A stretch of DNA of 63,751 nt from Candidatus Micrarchaeum sp. (GCA_020723935.1 DYHY01000001.1:51265-115015), one strand, 5' to 3'; positions 1 through 9,155 are shown, numbered from the stretch's first letter. A program made the numbers and translations. Notes: a model not told the origin generated them from the sequence alone.

Positions 1-268
1 GCCCGCCGATCTTCTGCGTGGCGGACGTCACGACGAGCGTCTTGTAGGACCCGGCGGAGACCGAGAAGTCGGGCGAGTTGACGGAGCTGAAGGAAGCGGC
101 GTCGCCCGCAAGGGTGATGTGGAAATACGCCGCGGAATCTCCGGTGTTGTCGACGGAAACCTAGAAAGTCCCTCCCTTCGCCGAATCGAAGGTGAAGGTC
201 CCGCCCGACGGCGAGATCCCGTAGCCGGCAAGGGAAGGGGTGAGGAGGAGGATGAAGGCAAGGAGCAT
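1..268 (-). pseudogene. Secreted beta-sandwich (CARDB/S-layer-like) protein. Only the 5' part is in the window, and it is interrupted by an in-frame TAG at 161-163.
   Basis: Own translation from ATG 268: MLLAFILLLTPSLAGYGISPSGGTFTFDSAKGGTF*VSVDNTGDSAAYFHITLAGDAASFSSVNSPDFSVSAGSYKTLVVTSATQKIGG. A signal peptide is followed by coding-like sequence on both sides of the stop. Absent from the ORF track because both pieces are short. Confidence 0.5.
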
Positions 269-412
269 TAGGCGCGCCGCCGGAAACGGAGGCAAGGCTT
301 GGCCATTTCTGACCGCCCTTCTTCCTAGCCCCAAATCTAACCAGCCATCCTAGCGAATGCTTATTTCACAGTGGAAACTCGGCCCCTTTTTTAGGTTTTG
401 TCAGAAAAGGGC

Positions 413-1756
413 TTAACCAGTCCTGCGCAAAATACGGATTCTCCCGACGACGGGCTCGATGACCTCCCCGGCCTGCGAATAGCTGGAAGGATCGGCATAC
501 GCCGCATAGGGGGCCTGGCCGTAATAGTAGTCGGAAACCACGAGGACGTCGGGCCTGCGCGACGGCGGGCCCGTTATCGAGACGCTTGTGGGCGTGAGGT
601 CAATCTCGCCCCCGGCGAGCGGCACGCCGGATTCGAGCGAAGCAAGGACTGCCTCCGGTGTGCCCCAGACGCTTCCGCCCGCTCCCGCCGACTCGCGCAC
701 GAGGGCCGCGATCTCAGGTAGGTGCGGCGCGCCGTCCGAGAGGAGATCGCCGCGCGCAAGCATCGCCGCGGTCGCCATCGCGAAGAGGAGCGCGAAGACA
801 GCCCCTATCCTCCGGAACCGCGAGCCCGAGAGGGCGGTTGAGGCCGAGATTGCGAGGAAAGGGATGAGGAACTGGGGCGTGTTGTTGGTCACGCCGGGGA
901 AGAGGGCGAGAAGGACGGCGCCGCAGACCGCCGCGGAGACGAACAGCGGGTCCTTGGCGCGCAGGAGGGCGACCGCGATCAGAGGGAGGGCGTAGACAAG
1001 GAGGAACGAGTAGAACACGGACGCGTTGTCTGCCCCCTGGGAGGCGCGGGCCCGTCCGATCGTCTGCGAGAGGACGGCCTGGGAGAGGAAGGCTCCGCCC
1101 GTCGCTACACCGATCAGCAGGGCGGCCGCGGCGCAGATCGCGACAGCGAGGAGAATCTCACGCGCGTTCCTGCGGAAGGCTGCAAGATATGCCGCCGCCC
1201 ATATCGCCGCGGAGAATTCCGTGAGGATCGCGGCGCAGAGGAAGAGACCGGCTGCTCGGGGGGCGCGTCTCACCTCGAGGAAATGATGAGCGAGGAGGAG
1301 GAGGAGCGAGAGGAGGGGGAGGGGGAGGGAGAGGGAATGCCAATAGAAGAAGCCGAAGGAAGCGCAGAAGAGCGCCGCTGCGAGGAGGCCCGCGCCGCGC
1401 CCTGCATAGGACGACGCGGTCTTGTAGACGACCAGGGCCGAGAGGGCAGAGAGGATCAGCGAGAGGATCTTCGAGGACAGGAGCGGGGGGAGGCCGGTGG
1501 CGAGGAGGAAAGCCGCATTCGCGTAGATGAAAGCGGGCGGATGCGCGTAGAAGAATCCCGCATAGGGGGCGGCCCCGCCGGCAATCGCCCTCGCCGCAGC
1601 GGCTCCTAGGGCCTCCTCGGCGTAGTATGTCGGGCGCAGGAAGAGGTGTGTGCGCGCCGCGAAGGAGGCGGCGATGACGTGGATGAGGGTGAGAAATGCG
1701 GCAAGATGCCCCGTCCGGAGGGGCTCGCGCGCCCCCTCTCCCCTTTCGTCTCCCAT
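413..1756 (-). CDS. Polytopic membrane protein, GT-C fold glycosyltransferase-like (PMT_2/ArnT-like)
   Basis: 447-aa ORF with many hydrophobic helices and a soluble C-terminal tail. Overall architecture resembles dolichyl/undecaprenyl-phosphate sugar transferases. TAA stop. Confidence 0.55.
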   Translation of the reverse strand: MGDERGEGAREPLRTGHLAAFLTLIHVIAASFAARTHLFLRPTYYAEEALGAAAARAIAGGAAPYAGFFYAHPPAFIYANAAFLLATGLPPLLSSKILSLILSALSALVVYKTASSYAGRGAGLLAAALFCASFGFFYWHSLSLPLPLLSLLLLLAHHFLEVRRAPRAAGLFLCAAILTEFSAAIWAAAYLAAFRRNAREILLAVAICAAAALLIGVATGGAFLSQAVLSQTIGRARASQGADNASVFYSFLLVYALPLIAVALLRAKDPLFVSAAVCGAVLLALFPGVTNNTPQFLIPFLAISASTALSGSRFRRIGAVFALLFAMATAAMLARGDLLSDGAPHLPEIAALVRESAGAGGSVWGTPEAVLASLESGVPLAGGEIDLTPTSVSITGPPSRRPDVLVVSDYYYGQAPYAAYADPSSYSQAGEVIEPVVGRIRILRRTG

Positions 1757-1759
1757 CTC

Positions 1760-1921
1760 CTATTTCTTGCCCTTTTCCGTCTTCTCTTTCCCGTCGCCGG
1801 CGCCGATCGCCTGCGCGATGCGCTCCACCGAGCCAGATATCCGCCTGAACTCCAGGTAGAACAGGAAGGCGAACACCACGAGCGGCAGCTGGCTTATCAT
1901 CACGGCGATTGACGTGTTCAT
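1760..1921 (-). CDS. Small single-pass membrane protein (53 aa)
   Basis: Internal ATG at 1921 gives MNTSIAVMISQLPLVVFAFLFYLEFRRISG...KEKTEKGKK. An AT-rich box (about 1941-1950) lies about 20 nt upstream. The rest of the 162-aa track ORF looks like shadow sequence. Confidence 0.35.
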   Translation of the reverse strand: MNTSIAVMISQLPLVVFAFLFYLEFRRISGSVERIAQAIGAGDGKEKTEKGKK

Positions 1922-1962
1922 GGTGGCGGGGCGGGGCCCGAATAAAAGAATGCCGGCTTCCT

Positions 1963-3275
1963 CTACGCCGCGGGGTGGTCGAGGAGGCCGCGCCACAGCT
2001 CCAGGGTCCCTTGCAAGTAGTCCCTCAAGCGCTTCCAGCTCCTGACGGATGCGGCCGCCCGGGCGACGGACGCCGGTTTCGAATAGAACCTGCGGAACGC
2101 GCGGCGGCATGCGCCTTCCGATATTGAGGGGCGTTCTCCCGCAAGCGGCGTCCAGGGGTGCGGGATGAACACGTCGAAGGAGGCGAGGGTCGGCTCCAAG
2201 GACAGGACGAACTCCACACAGGAATCTAGGTCTGCGTCCCTCTGCCACGGGAGGCCCACTATCACGTGCGCCATTGTCTCTATGCCTGCTGCCCGGCAGC
2301 CGGCGAACGCGCGCATTATCCGGCGGATGGTAGTGCCCTTGCTCATCCTATTCAGGTCCTGCTGGAGCCCCGATTCCACGCCGAACTTGAGCATGTGGCA
2401 GCCGGCCCTCGCCATCAGGGCGAGGAGGCCGGAATCGACCGAATCCACCCTGCTGTTGGAGATCCAGGAAAGGCCCAGGCGCCGGGAGATCATCCCCTCG
2501 CACAGGTCCCTCGCGAAGGCGCGGTCGAGGGCCAGGTTCTCGTCGCGGAAGAAGACCTCCTTGAACCCCTGCGAGCGTATCTCCTCCAGCTCAGCGAGGA
2601 CGTTCCCCGCCGACCTGCGCCGGAAGGGCGTGCGCCTCGCGGTGCAGAAGGAGCACCCGTGCGGGCATCCGCGCGTCGCGAGGACGGTGGTCACGGGCTC
2701 GCGCAGGGCGATGGGGTTCGAATACATAGCATGGTCGACCAGGTCGCGGGCCGCGAAGGGAAGGGAATCGAGGTCGCGCACGTACGCCGGCTTCCTGACC
2801 GAGCGTGGCCGTGCGAGGAAGGAGGGCAGGCTCGCCTCAATGTCGCCCGCGAGGACGTAGTCGACGCCGGCCGGAAGCCGTGCCTGGCGAGCTTGCGCGA
2901 GATTATCCCCTTGGAGGCTGCGCGGAAGAGGCCGCTGGAGCCTAAATCCCCGAGCTTGTATTCCACAAGCTTGTTCGCCGAGTCGAAGGCGGGCTTGCCC
3001 ATTGACCTTCGGGAATACGCATAGAAGCCGTCCTTCATCCCGGGAAAGACGCGCGTGAGGAAGTTCGTGAAGTCGGACGTGCATCCGGCGACGGAATCGA
3101 AGTCGGAGGGCGAAAGTTTGAGGACCGCGAGGGCAGAGAGGAGGGCCTTGTCGGGGAAGCAGTTCTCCTGCTTCCGCCTCGTGAACCGCTCCTCGTTCGC
3201 CGCGAAGAGGATTTTCCCGTCCTCCACGACCGCGACGCCCGAGTCGTGGCCGTCCCATATCCCCAGCGTGAGCAT
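1963..3275 (-). pseudogene. Chimera: about 135 aa of a NodU/CmcH-type carbamoyltransferase N-terminus joined out of frame to a 5'-truncated B12-binding radical SAM core
   Basis: Frame A from ATG 3275 reads MLTLGIWDGHDSGVAVVEDGKILFAANEERFTRRK... (carbamoyltransferase/ASKHA N-terminal signature). Frame B from about 2876 reads GVDYVLAGDIEASLPSF...ATRGCPHGCSFCT...GVESG (end of the B12 domain, then CX3CX2C). The frames differ by 1 nt around 2865-2876. Confidence 0.6.
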
Positions 3276-3335
3276 GCCGGCGGAGGGGCCGCGCCCCGGA
3301 TATAAATCCCTCGCCCGGCCGCCCCGCGGCGCCGC

Positions 3336-4331
3336 TCAGAAATAGTTGGAAGCGTAGTGCAGGACGCTTCGCGGGTCAAGGAACAGCAGGGAGTTCCATT
3401 CTGAGTGGCAGTTGAAATAGCAGTTGCACTTGTCGTAGGCCGGGAGCCTGCGGAAGGCTTCCAGGAACCCCCTCTTCCTGCCGTCGACGGACGCCTCCTC
3501 CTTGATGAAGCACGGGGAGACCATCCCGTCCGGGAACACGTAGCAGAAGAGGAGGCCTGCGTTGCAGGGCCCGGCCTTCGTCCCGAAGAGCTTGGAGACG
3601 TACGCGCCCGACATCCGGAAGAGCTTCGGGGTCTTCTCCAGTTCCCTTTGTATGATCCCTAGCGCCATCCTGTAATTGGGATGCTTGGATGCGAACGGCT
3701 CGTAGCTGGAACTGCCGGCCAGCCTGTTGTACCGGTCGCCGTATATCGGCTGGAAAGCCACCTGGACGCCCAGCTTCCTCGAGAGCGCTATCAGCTCGCG
3801 CACGCCCCTGCAGCCGTCCGCCATGGTCGCCGGGGAGAGGACCGACATCATCGAGACGCGCACGCCCCTGCTCTTGGCGAGTTTCACGCCCGCGATCGCC
3901 TGCCTGAAGGAGCCCTTGCCGCGCATGAGGTCGTGCTCCCTTTGCGGTCCGTCGACCGAGATGCTGAGGAGGTCCAGGGCCCGGCAGGCTTCGATGTGCT
4001 CGCCCATCAGGAAGCCGTTGCTGTTGACCGAGACGGCCATCCCGAGGTCCTTCCCCCTGAAGATGACGTCGTCTATGTCGTCCTTGAGGAAGGCCTCGCC
4101 CCCGGTCATGTTCCATGAGATGCACCCGGCGCGCGCGAACTCGCCCATCATCCGGAAGGTTTCCGCCGTCGTCATCTCCTTCCTGGGTGTGCTCCAGATC
4201 CCGCAGTACTTGCAGGAGAGGTTGCAGCGGAAGGTTATGTTGTGGCCGACGATCAGCGGGGTCTTTGCTTCGGCCTTCGACATCAGGACCGCGGACGCGG
4301 CCCTTGCAAGCTTGCACAGCCTTCCCCGCAT
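3336..4331 (-). CDS. Radical SAM protein with a SPASM-type C-terminal Cys cluster
   Basis: Start at internal ATG 4331 (MRGRLCKLA...). Contains NITFRCNLSCKYCG (CX3CX2C) and the C-terminal CNAGLLFCYVFPDGMVSPC...CNCYFNC. TATA-like ttttataa lies 24 nt upstream. TGA stop. Confidence 0.8.
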   Translation of the reverse strand: MRGRLCKLARAASAVLMSKAEAKTPLIVGHNITFRCNLSCKYCGIWSTPRKEMTTAETFRMMGEFARAGCISWNMTGGEAFLKDDIDDVIFRGKDLGMAVSVNSNGFLMGEHIEACRALDLLSISVDGPQREHDLMRGKGSFRQAIAGVKLAKSRGVRVSMMSVLSPATMADGCRGVRELIALSRKLGVQVAFQPIYGDRYNRLAGSSSYEPFASKHPNYRMALGIIQRELEKTPKLFRMSGAYVSKLFGTKAGPCNAGLLFCYVFPDGMVSPCFIKEEASVDGRKRGFLEAFRRLPAYDKCNCYFNCHSEWNSLLFLDPRSVLHYASNYF

Positions 4332-4354
4332 GACGCCAGGAGCCCTAGGCCCAG

Positions 4355-4362
4355 TTTTATAA
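4355..4362 (-). promoter_or_regulatory. TATA-like box for the SPASM radical SAM gene
   Basis: ttttataa lies 24 nt from ATG 4331, in a GC-rich background. Confidence 0.5.
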
Positions 4363-4391
4363 CACTTCCAGCCGCCCCCGGGGCCGACAAG

Positions 4392-4399
4392 AATAAAAG
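4392..4399 (+). promoter_or_regulatory. TATA-like box (aataaaag) for the B12-radical SAM gene
   Basis: Lies 24 nt upstream of ATG 4423. The same aataaaagcg motif recurs upstream of ATG 10923. Confidence 0.5.
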
Positions 4400-4422
4400 C
4401 GTCGGCAAGGGGCCCCGGCGAA

Positions 4423-5856
4423 ATGAGAGTCCTTCTCCTCAACCCGCCGCCCGTCGGCCAGCCTGCGTTCGTGCGCGAGGGCCGCTGCATGAACAGGCAG
4501 TCGACGTGGGAGTGCCTCTGGCCGCCCCTGACGCTCATGTACCTCTCGTCCGTCCTGAGGAGGGCCGGCCACGAGACGAGGATCTTCGACGGGATTGTGG
4601 AGAAGGGCGGGATCGCCGGCGTCAAGTCCGTCGCCGGGGAGTTCCGGCCCGACCTTGCGATACTGAACACGTCCACACCCACCATAGGCGGGGATCTAAA
4701 GTCCGCGCGGCTCCTCAAGGCCAGGGGCGTGAAGGTCGCCCTCGTCGGCGTGCATCCGACGGGGGAGCACCTGAGCCTCGTCAGGGACCCTGCGGTCGAT
4801 TTCGTGATAAGGAACGAGCCCGAGGAGACGGCGCGCGAGCTGGCCGGGGCGCTCTCCAAGGGGAAGCCCCTCTCGAAGGTCGCCGGGATAACCTACAAGG
4901 CCTCAGGGGGGAAGGTGAGGGCGAACGCGCCGCGCCCGTTCATAGCAGACATCACTTCCCTTCCCTGGCCCGACAGGGAGGAGGTAGACAACTCCCGCTA
5001 CAAGCTCCCCTTCTCGGGCCGCAGGTTCACGCTCATAAACACTTCCCGCGGCTGCCCGTATTCCTGCACCTACTGCACGGCTTCGGTCTACTACGGCAAG
5101 AGGTTCCGCGCGAGGGACGCGAAGAGCATCGCCGACGAGATGGCGGACGCCAAGGCCCGCTACGGGATAAGCGACTTCCTTTTCTGGGCCGACGAGTTCA
5201 CGTTCGACAGGAAGGCGGTCGTCTCGCTGTGCGAGGAGCTGATAGATCGCAAGATGAACGCGAAGTGGTTCGCCAACAGCCGCGTGGATTCCGCCGACGA
5301 GGGCCTCCTGAAGCTCATGAGGAAAGCGGGTTGCTGGATGGTGTCCTTCGGGATAGAGTCGGCGAGCCAAGAGATCCTCGACAACGTGAAGAAGGGTGCG
5401 AAGGTCGGGCGGGCCGTCGAGGCGGTGCGGGCCGCGAAGAGGGCGGGGCTCAAGACAATAGGCCATTTCATACTGGGCCTCCCCGGCGAGACGCGCGAGA
5501 CGGCCCTCAGGACAATACGCTTCGCGCGGGAGCTGGACGTGGACTATGCGCAGTTCTACGTCGCGACGCCCTACGTCGGCACGCCGTTCCACGACTACTG
5601 CGCGAGGAACGGCCTGATACTCGAGAGCGACACAGCCAAGCACGAGATAAACAACGCGGTCATACGCGAGGGTGCCCTCTCGCGAGCGGACCTCACCGCC
5701 CTCAGGAACTCCGCTTTCAAGGAGTTCTACCTGCGCCCCTCCTACATCGTGAAGACTGTGGCGGAGGCCGCGATGTCGCCGGCGACCCTCCTCGCGACGG
5801 CGGTCCAGTCGGCGACGTATCTCACGGACTGGGGCGCGAGGAAGGTCCAGAAGTAA
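4423..5856 (+). CDS. B12-binding domain radical SAM protein
   Basis: 477 aa. The N-terminal Rossmann-like cobalamin domain begins MRVLLLNPP. Also has TSRGCPYSCTYC and FGIESASQEIL. TAA stop. Confidence 0.85.
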   Translation: MRVLLLNPPPVGQPAFVREGRCMNRQSTWECLWPPLTLMYLSSVLRRAGHETRIFDGIVEKGGIAGVKSVAGEFRPDLAILNTSTPTIGGDLKSARLLKARGVKVALVGVHPTGEHLSLVRDPAVDFVIRNEPEETARELAGALSKGKPLSKVAGITYKASGGKVRANAPRPFIADITSLPWPDREEVDNSRYKLPFSGRRFTLINTSRGCPYSCTYCTASVYYGKRFRARDAKSIADEMADAKARYGISDFLFWADEFTFDRKAVVSLCEELIDRKMNAKWFANSRVDSADEGLLKLMRKAGCWMVSFGIESASQEILDNVKKGAKVGRAVEAVRAAKRAGLKTIGHFILGLPGETRETALRTIRFARELDVDYAQFYVATPYVGTPFHDYCARNGLILESDTAKHEINNAVIREGALSRADLTALRNSAFKEFYLRPSYIVKTVAEAAMSPATLLATAVQSATYLTDWGARKVQK

Positions 5857-5868
5857 GCCCCTTTCTAA

Positions 5869-6657
5869 GGCATGCCGCCCGGAAGAAGGACTGCTGCTGC
5901 GAGGCGCAGGAGCAGCTCCTCCCTCCCAAGGAGCCTCGTCCTCAGAGCCGAAAAGCCCGAGGGCGCGCGGGCGCCGAGGATCATAAGGAGCCTTCCCGTC
6001 CCGAACAGCAAGGAGATCGCGAGGCTCGCTCCGCGCAGGAGGAGGAGGAGGAAGGGGGGAGGAGCGCTGCGCCGAGGGCGCCGGCCTTCCCGAAGGAGGC
6101 GAAAGTCGTGAGCCTTCCCGCTCCAGCGTCCGTTTCCGCGTGGGCGATCTCATGAACGGCTTCCGACAGGACGTAGAAGGAGAGGACGCAGAGGAGGAAG
6201 GGCAGCAGGCGATCGGAGAGCGGGGGGAGGGAATTCGCGAATGCCGATTTCACGAGCACGAGGGAGAATCCTGCGACGTTGGATGCCACGTCAGCTAGCT
6301 TGCGGTTCCTGAGGCCAGAGGCGGGGCGGAATAGGCCAGGAATATCAGGAGTATCGCAAGGAGGGAGACGAATGCCGGCCCCGGGAGAAGGAGGAGGGCT
6401 CCGGCGAGGACCGCGAGGATCGCCGGGAGGAACGCGAGGAACGCCGCAAGGGGCGCGCCGTTTCTAGCCGCGAACTCCCCGACCGCGTTGTCCTCGCCCT
6501 CGATCGCCGAGTCGAAGAGATCGTTCACGGAGTAGGCGAAACAGAGCGCGAGGAACGTGCAGAGGGCGTCTGCCAGAAGGACCGTCCAACCGCTGCGGGC
6601 GCCGGCTATCGCGAAGGGCACGACGCAGAGGAAGAGTATTGGCAGGTGGTCTCGCAC
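5869..6657 (-). pseudogene. UbiA-family prenyltransferase disrupted by two frameshifts
   Basis: The first Asp-rich motif YSVNDLFDSAIEGED is in ORF 6295-6657. YSAPPL continues as ..LRNRKLADVASNVAGFSL only after a 1-nt shift near 6305-6320. The second motif AETDAGAGRLTTFASFGKAGA is in ORF 5981-6289. A hydrophobic C-terminus (FLLLLLRGASLAISLLFGTGRLLMILGA...GGMP*) appears in a third frame after the G6 run at 6054-6059 and ends at TAG 5869. Confidence 0.6.
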
Positions 6658-6763
6658 GCGGTAGAATTCCGGCAGGGCTGGCGCACGGCCGATGCTGTCG
6701 CTTGCGGGCTCTCCAGGGCATCTCGGAGGGGGATGCGGCGGCCTGCTTAATATGTGCTCCTTC

Positions 6764-8539
6764 TCAGGCCGACTGGTAGTAGTATTCGCCCGAACCCTTC
6801 TGCTCCCTGTCCAGGCGGCTCGCCTCCTTGTTGGAGCGCGGGCGCTTGGTGTCCGGGTCCCTGCGGAAGGTGACGCCCAGGTCCTTGAGGAAAGCGTTCA
6901 TCCCCTCGCGCATCGGGAGTGGGGCGCTCGCGCTGCACGAGACAGAGGGCTCGCCCGAGAAGACCATCAGGCTCTCGGAGACGTAGTCTATGAAGAGTAT
7001 GTCGTGGTCGACCACCATTACCGCGGCCCCGCGCTTCTCGTTGATGCGCCGGATGAACTTGGCGACCGAGAGCCTCTGCTCCGCGTCGAGGTTGGCGGAG
7101 GGCTCGTCAAGGAGGTAGATGTCGGCCTTCCTCGCCATCGCCGAGGCGATTGACACCCTCTGGATCTCCCCGCCCGAGAGGTTGCCCATCCTCTTCGTCA
7201 TGAGCAGGCGCAGGGAGAGGGGCTCGACGACCTCGCTCTCGAAGTTCAGGTCGCTTGCCGCCGCCGCGGCCGCGTTGAGGACGGACTTCACCGTCGCCGA
7301 CCTGTCCGGGATCTCCAGGTACTGCGGCTTGTAGGAGAGGGATTTGGGGGAGTCTATCTCGCCGGAATCAGGGGCGATTTCCCCGGCGAGCATCCTCACG
7401 AGCGTCGTCTTCCCGGTCCCGTTCTCGCCGAGGATCCCGATGAGGTCGCCCTTGTGGATCTTCCCGGCGCCGACCTTGAGGGAGAAGGCGCCCAGGCGCT
7501 TCTCTAGGGCCGAGAACGACTGCACGACCGCCCGCTTCCTGCCGTGCTCGTAGGGGGCGCGCTCGACGAACCTTATCTGCGTGCTCCTGAAGCGCACGTT
7601 CTCGTCGGGCGAATAGCCGGAGAGGTAGACGTTTATCCCGACGCGCTGGGTCTTAGGGAGGGAAACTATCCCGTATATCATCGGCTCGCCGTAGAAGACG
7701 TGCACGAGGTCGGATGCGGAGTCAAGAAGCGTGAGGTCGTGCTCGACGAGGACGACGCCCTTCCTCTTCTCCTCGGAGAGGCTGCGCAGGCGCCCGGAGA
7801 GGGCCAGGCGCTCCTTGATGTCCAGGTAAGAGGAGGGCTCGTCGAAGAAGTAGATGTCTGCCTTCCTGGAGTAGGCGAGCGCTATTGAGAGGCGCTGCAG
7901 CTCGCCGCCGGAAAGCTCGCCCATCTTCCTGTCGGATATCAGGGCGAGGCGGAACTCCGAGACCGCCCCGGGAGGGAGCTTGGAGATGACGTCGGAGACC
8001 CTCTTTTCCAGGATCTTGGGCGGAAGGTCGGAAATCATCTGGGGCTTCACGGAGACCTCCAGCTTCCCGTCCTTGACGAGGAGGAAGTGCTTCTGGACCT
8101 CCTTGCCTGCGAAGAACTTCACGACGTCATCTATCTTCGCGCCGCGGTTCAGGTTCGGCACCACCTTCCCCGAGAGGATGTCCACGACCGTGCTCTTGCC
8201 GCAGCCGTTGGGGCCCAGGAACCCTATGACCTCGCCGGCCTTGGGCAGGGGAAGGCTCGCCCCGTAGAGCGCGAAGCCGTTCCTCCCGAACCGATGGAGC
8301 GGCTCGTCGAGGGCCTTGGGCAGGTTGACGATGGAAATCGCGTCGAATGGGCACGTCTTTATGCACAGGCCGCAGCCTATGCAAGTCTCCTCCTCTATTA
8401 TGATCTTCTTGTTCTCGGGGCTGGCCGATATCGTGTTCTTGCCGCTCCTTACGGGCGGGCAGACCTTGATGCACAAATACGGGCAGTCGGTAGGCGCCTT
8501 GCACTTGTCCAGGCGCACTATCGCTATTCTCCTAACCAT
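6764..8539 (-). CDS. abcE1: ABCE1 / RNase L inhibitor-type ribosome recycling ATPase
   Basis: Start at internal ATG 8539 (MVRRIAIVRLDKC). Has two ferredoxin-type Cys clusters (CPYLCIKVCP, CIGCGLCIKTCP) and two ABC cassettes (GPNGCGKST, GENGTGKTT, LSGGELQR, LSGGEIQR). 591 aa, TGA stop. Confidence 0.95.
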   Translation of the reverse strand: MVRRIAIVRLDKCKAPTDCPYLCIKVCPPVRSGKNTISASPENKKIIIEEETCIGCGLCIKTCPFDAISIVNLPKALDEPLHRFGRNGFALYGASLPLPKAGEVIGFLGPNGCGKSTVVDILSGKVVPNLNRGAKIDDVVKFFAGKEVQKHFLLVKDGKLEVSVKPQMISDLPPKILEKRVSDVISKLPPGAVSEFRLALISDRKMGELSGGELQRLSIALAYSRKADIYFFDEPSSYLDIKERLALSGRLRSLSEEKRKGVVLVEHDLTLLDSASDLVHVFYGEPMIYGIVSLPKTQRVGINVYLSGYSPDENVRFRSTQIRFVERAPYEHGRKRAVVQSFSALEKRLGAFSLKVGAGKIHKGDLIGILGENGTGKTTLVRMLAGEIAPDSGEIDSPKSLSYKPQYLEIPDRSATVKSVLNAAAAAASDLNFESEVVEPLSLRLLMTKRMGNLSGGEIQRVSIASAMARKADIYLLDEPSANLDAEQRLSVAKFIRRINEKRGAAVMVVDHDILFIDYVSESLMVFSGEPSVSCSASAPLPMREGMNAFLKDLGVTFRRDPDTKRPRSNKEASRLDREQKGSGEYYYQSA

Positions 8540-8625
8540 TTTCGTCGTTCGGGCCGCGCGCTTCTTCCTCCCGCGCAAGCCCCTTTTGCCCTTTTTATTA
8601 CTAGTTTCCCGGCTCCAGGGAAGGG

Positions 8626-8633
8626 TTTTTATT
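8626..8633 (+). promoter_or_regulatory. TATA-like box for the NMNAT gene
   Basis: tttttatt lies 25 nt upstream of GTG 8658. Confidence 0.45.
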
Positions 8634-8657
8634 GGGCGTCTGGCGGTCCCCTGTCCC

Positions 8658-9155
8658 GTGAGGACGATACTCGTCGTCGGCCGCTTCCAGCCGCTGCACC
8701 TGGGCCACCTGTACCTCCTCAGGCGTCTTTCGAGGCGCAACCGCAACCTCCTGAAAATCGTGATAGGCTCAAGCAACGAGAAGGGGACAAAAAGCAACCC
8801 TTTCCCGGCGGCCGTGAGGGGGCGGATGGTGAAGCGCGCCCTCGCGGCGGTCGGCGTGAGGGCCTATTCCCTGTTCTTCATACCCGACGTGCACAACGAC
8901 GCCAAGTGGCTTGACCTCCTCCTGAGGCGCGCCGGAAAGTTCGACTACGCCGTATCGGGGAACGACTGGGTGCTCGGGATACTGCGCAGGGCCGGCCTCG
9001 AAGCCAGGGGCCACGCCTACTTCAGGAAGAGGACGTACAACGGGACGAGGATCAGGGGACTCATGTCGGCTGGGGGGAGATGGCAGGGCCTCGTCCATCC
9101 GGAAGTCGCTAGACTCATCGGCAAGGTTCCGGCCAAGAAGCGACGGAGGGGGTGA
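8658..9155 (+). CDS. nadM: Nicotinamide-nucleotide adenylyltransferase (archaeal NadM type)
   Basis: GTG start followed by RTILVVGRFQPLHLGH. SNPFPAAVR motif present. 165 aa, TGA stop. Confidence 0.85.
   Translation: MRTILVVGRFQPLHLGHLYLLRRLSRRNRNLLKIVIGSSNEKGTKSNPFPAAVRGRMVKRALAAVGVRAYSLFFIPDVHNDAKWLDLLLRRAGKFDYAVSGNDWVLGILRRAGLEARGHAYFRKRTYNGTRIRGLMSAGGRWQGLVHPEVARLIGKVPAKKRRRG

Noticed and set aside
1290-1320. gaggaggag trinucleotide runs (also 6035-6050) as regulatory microsatellites
   Set aside because: They are the antisense of ctc-rich Leu codons in transmembrane helices of minus-strand genes.
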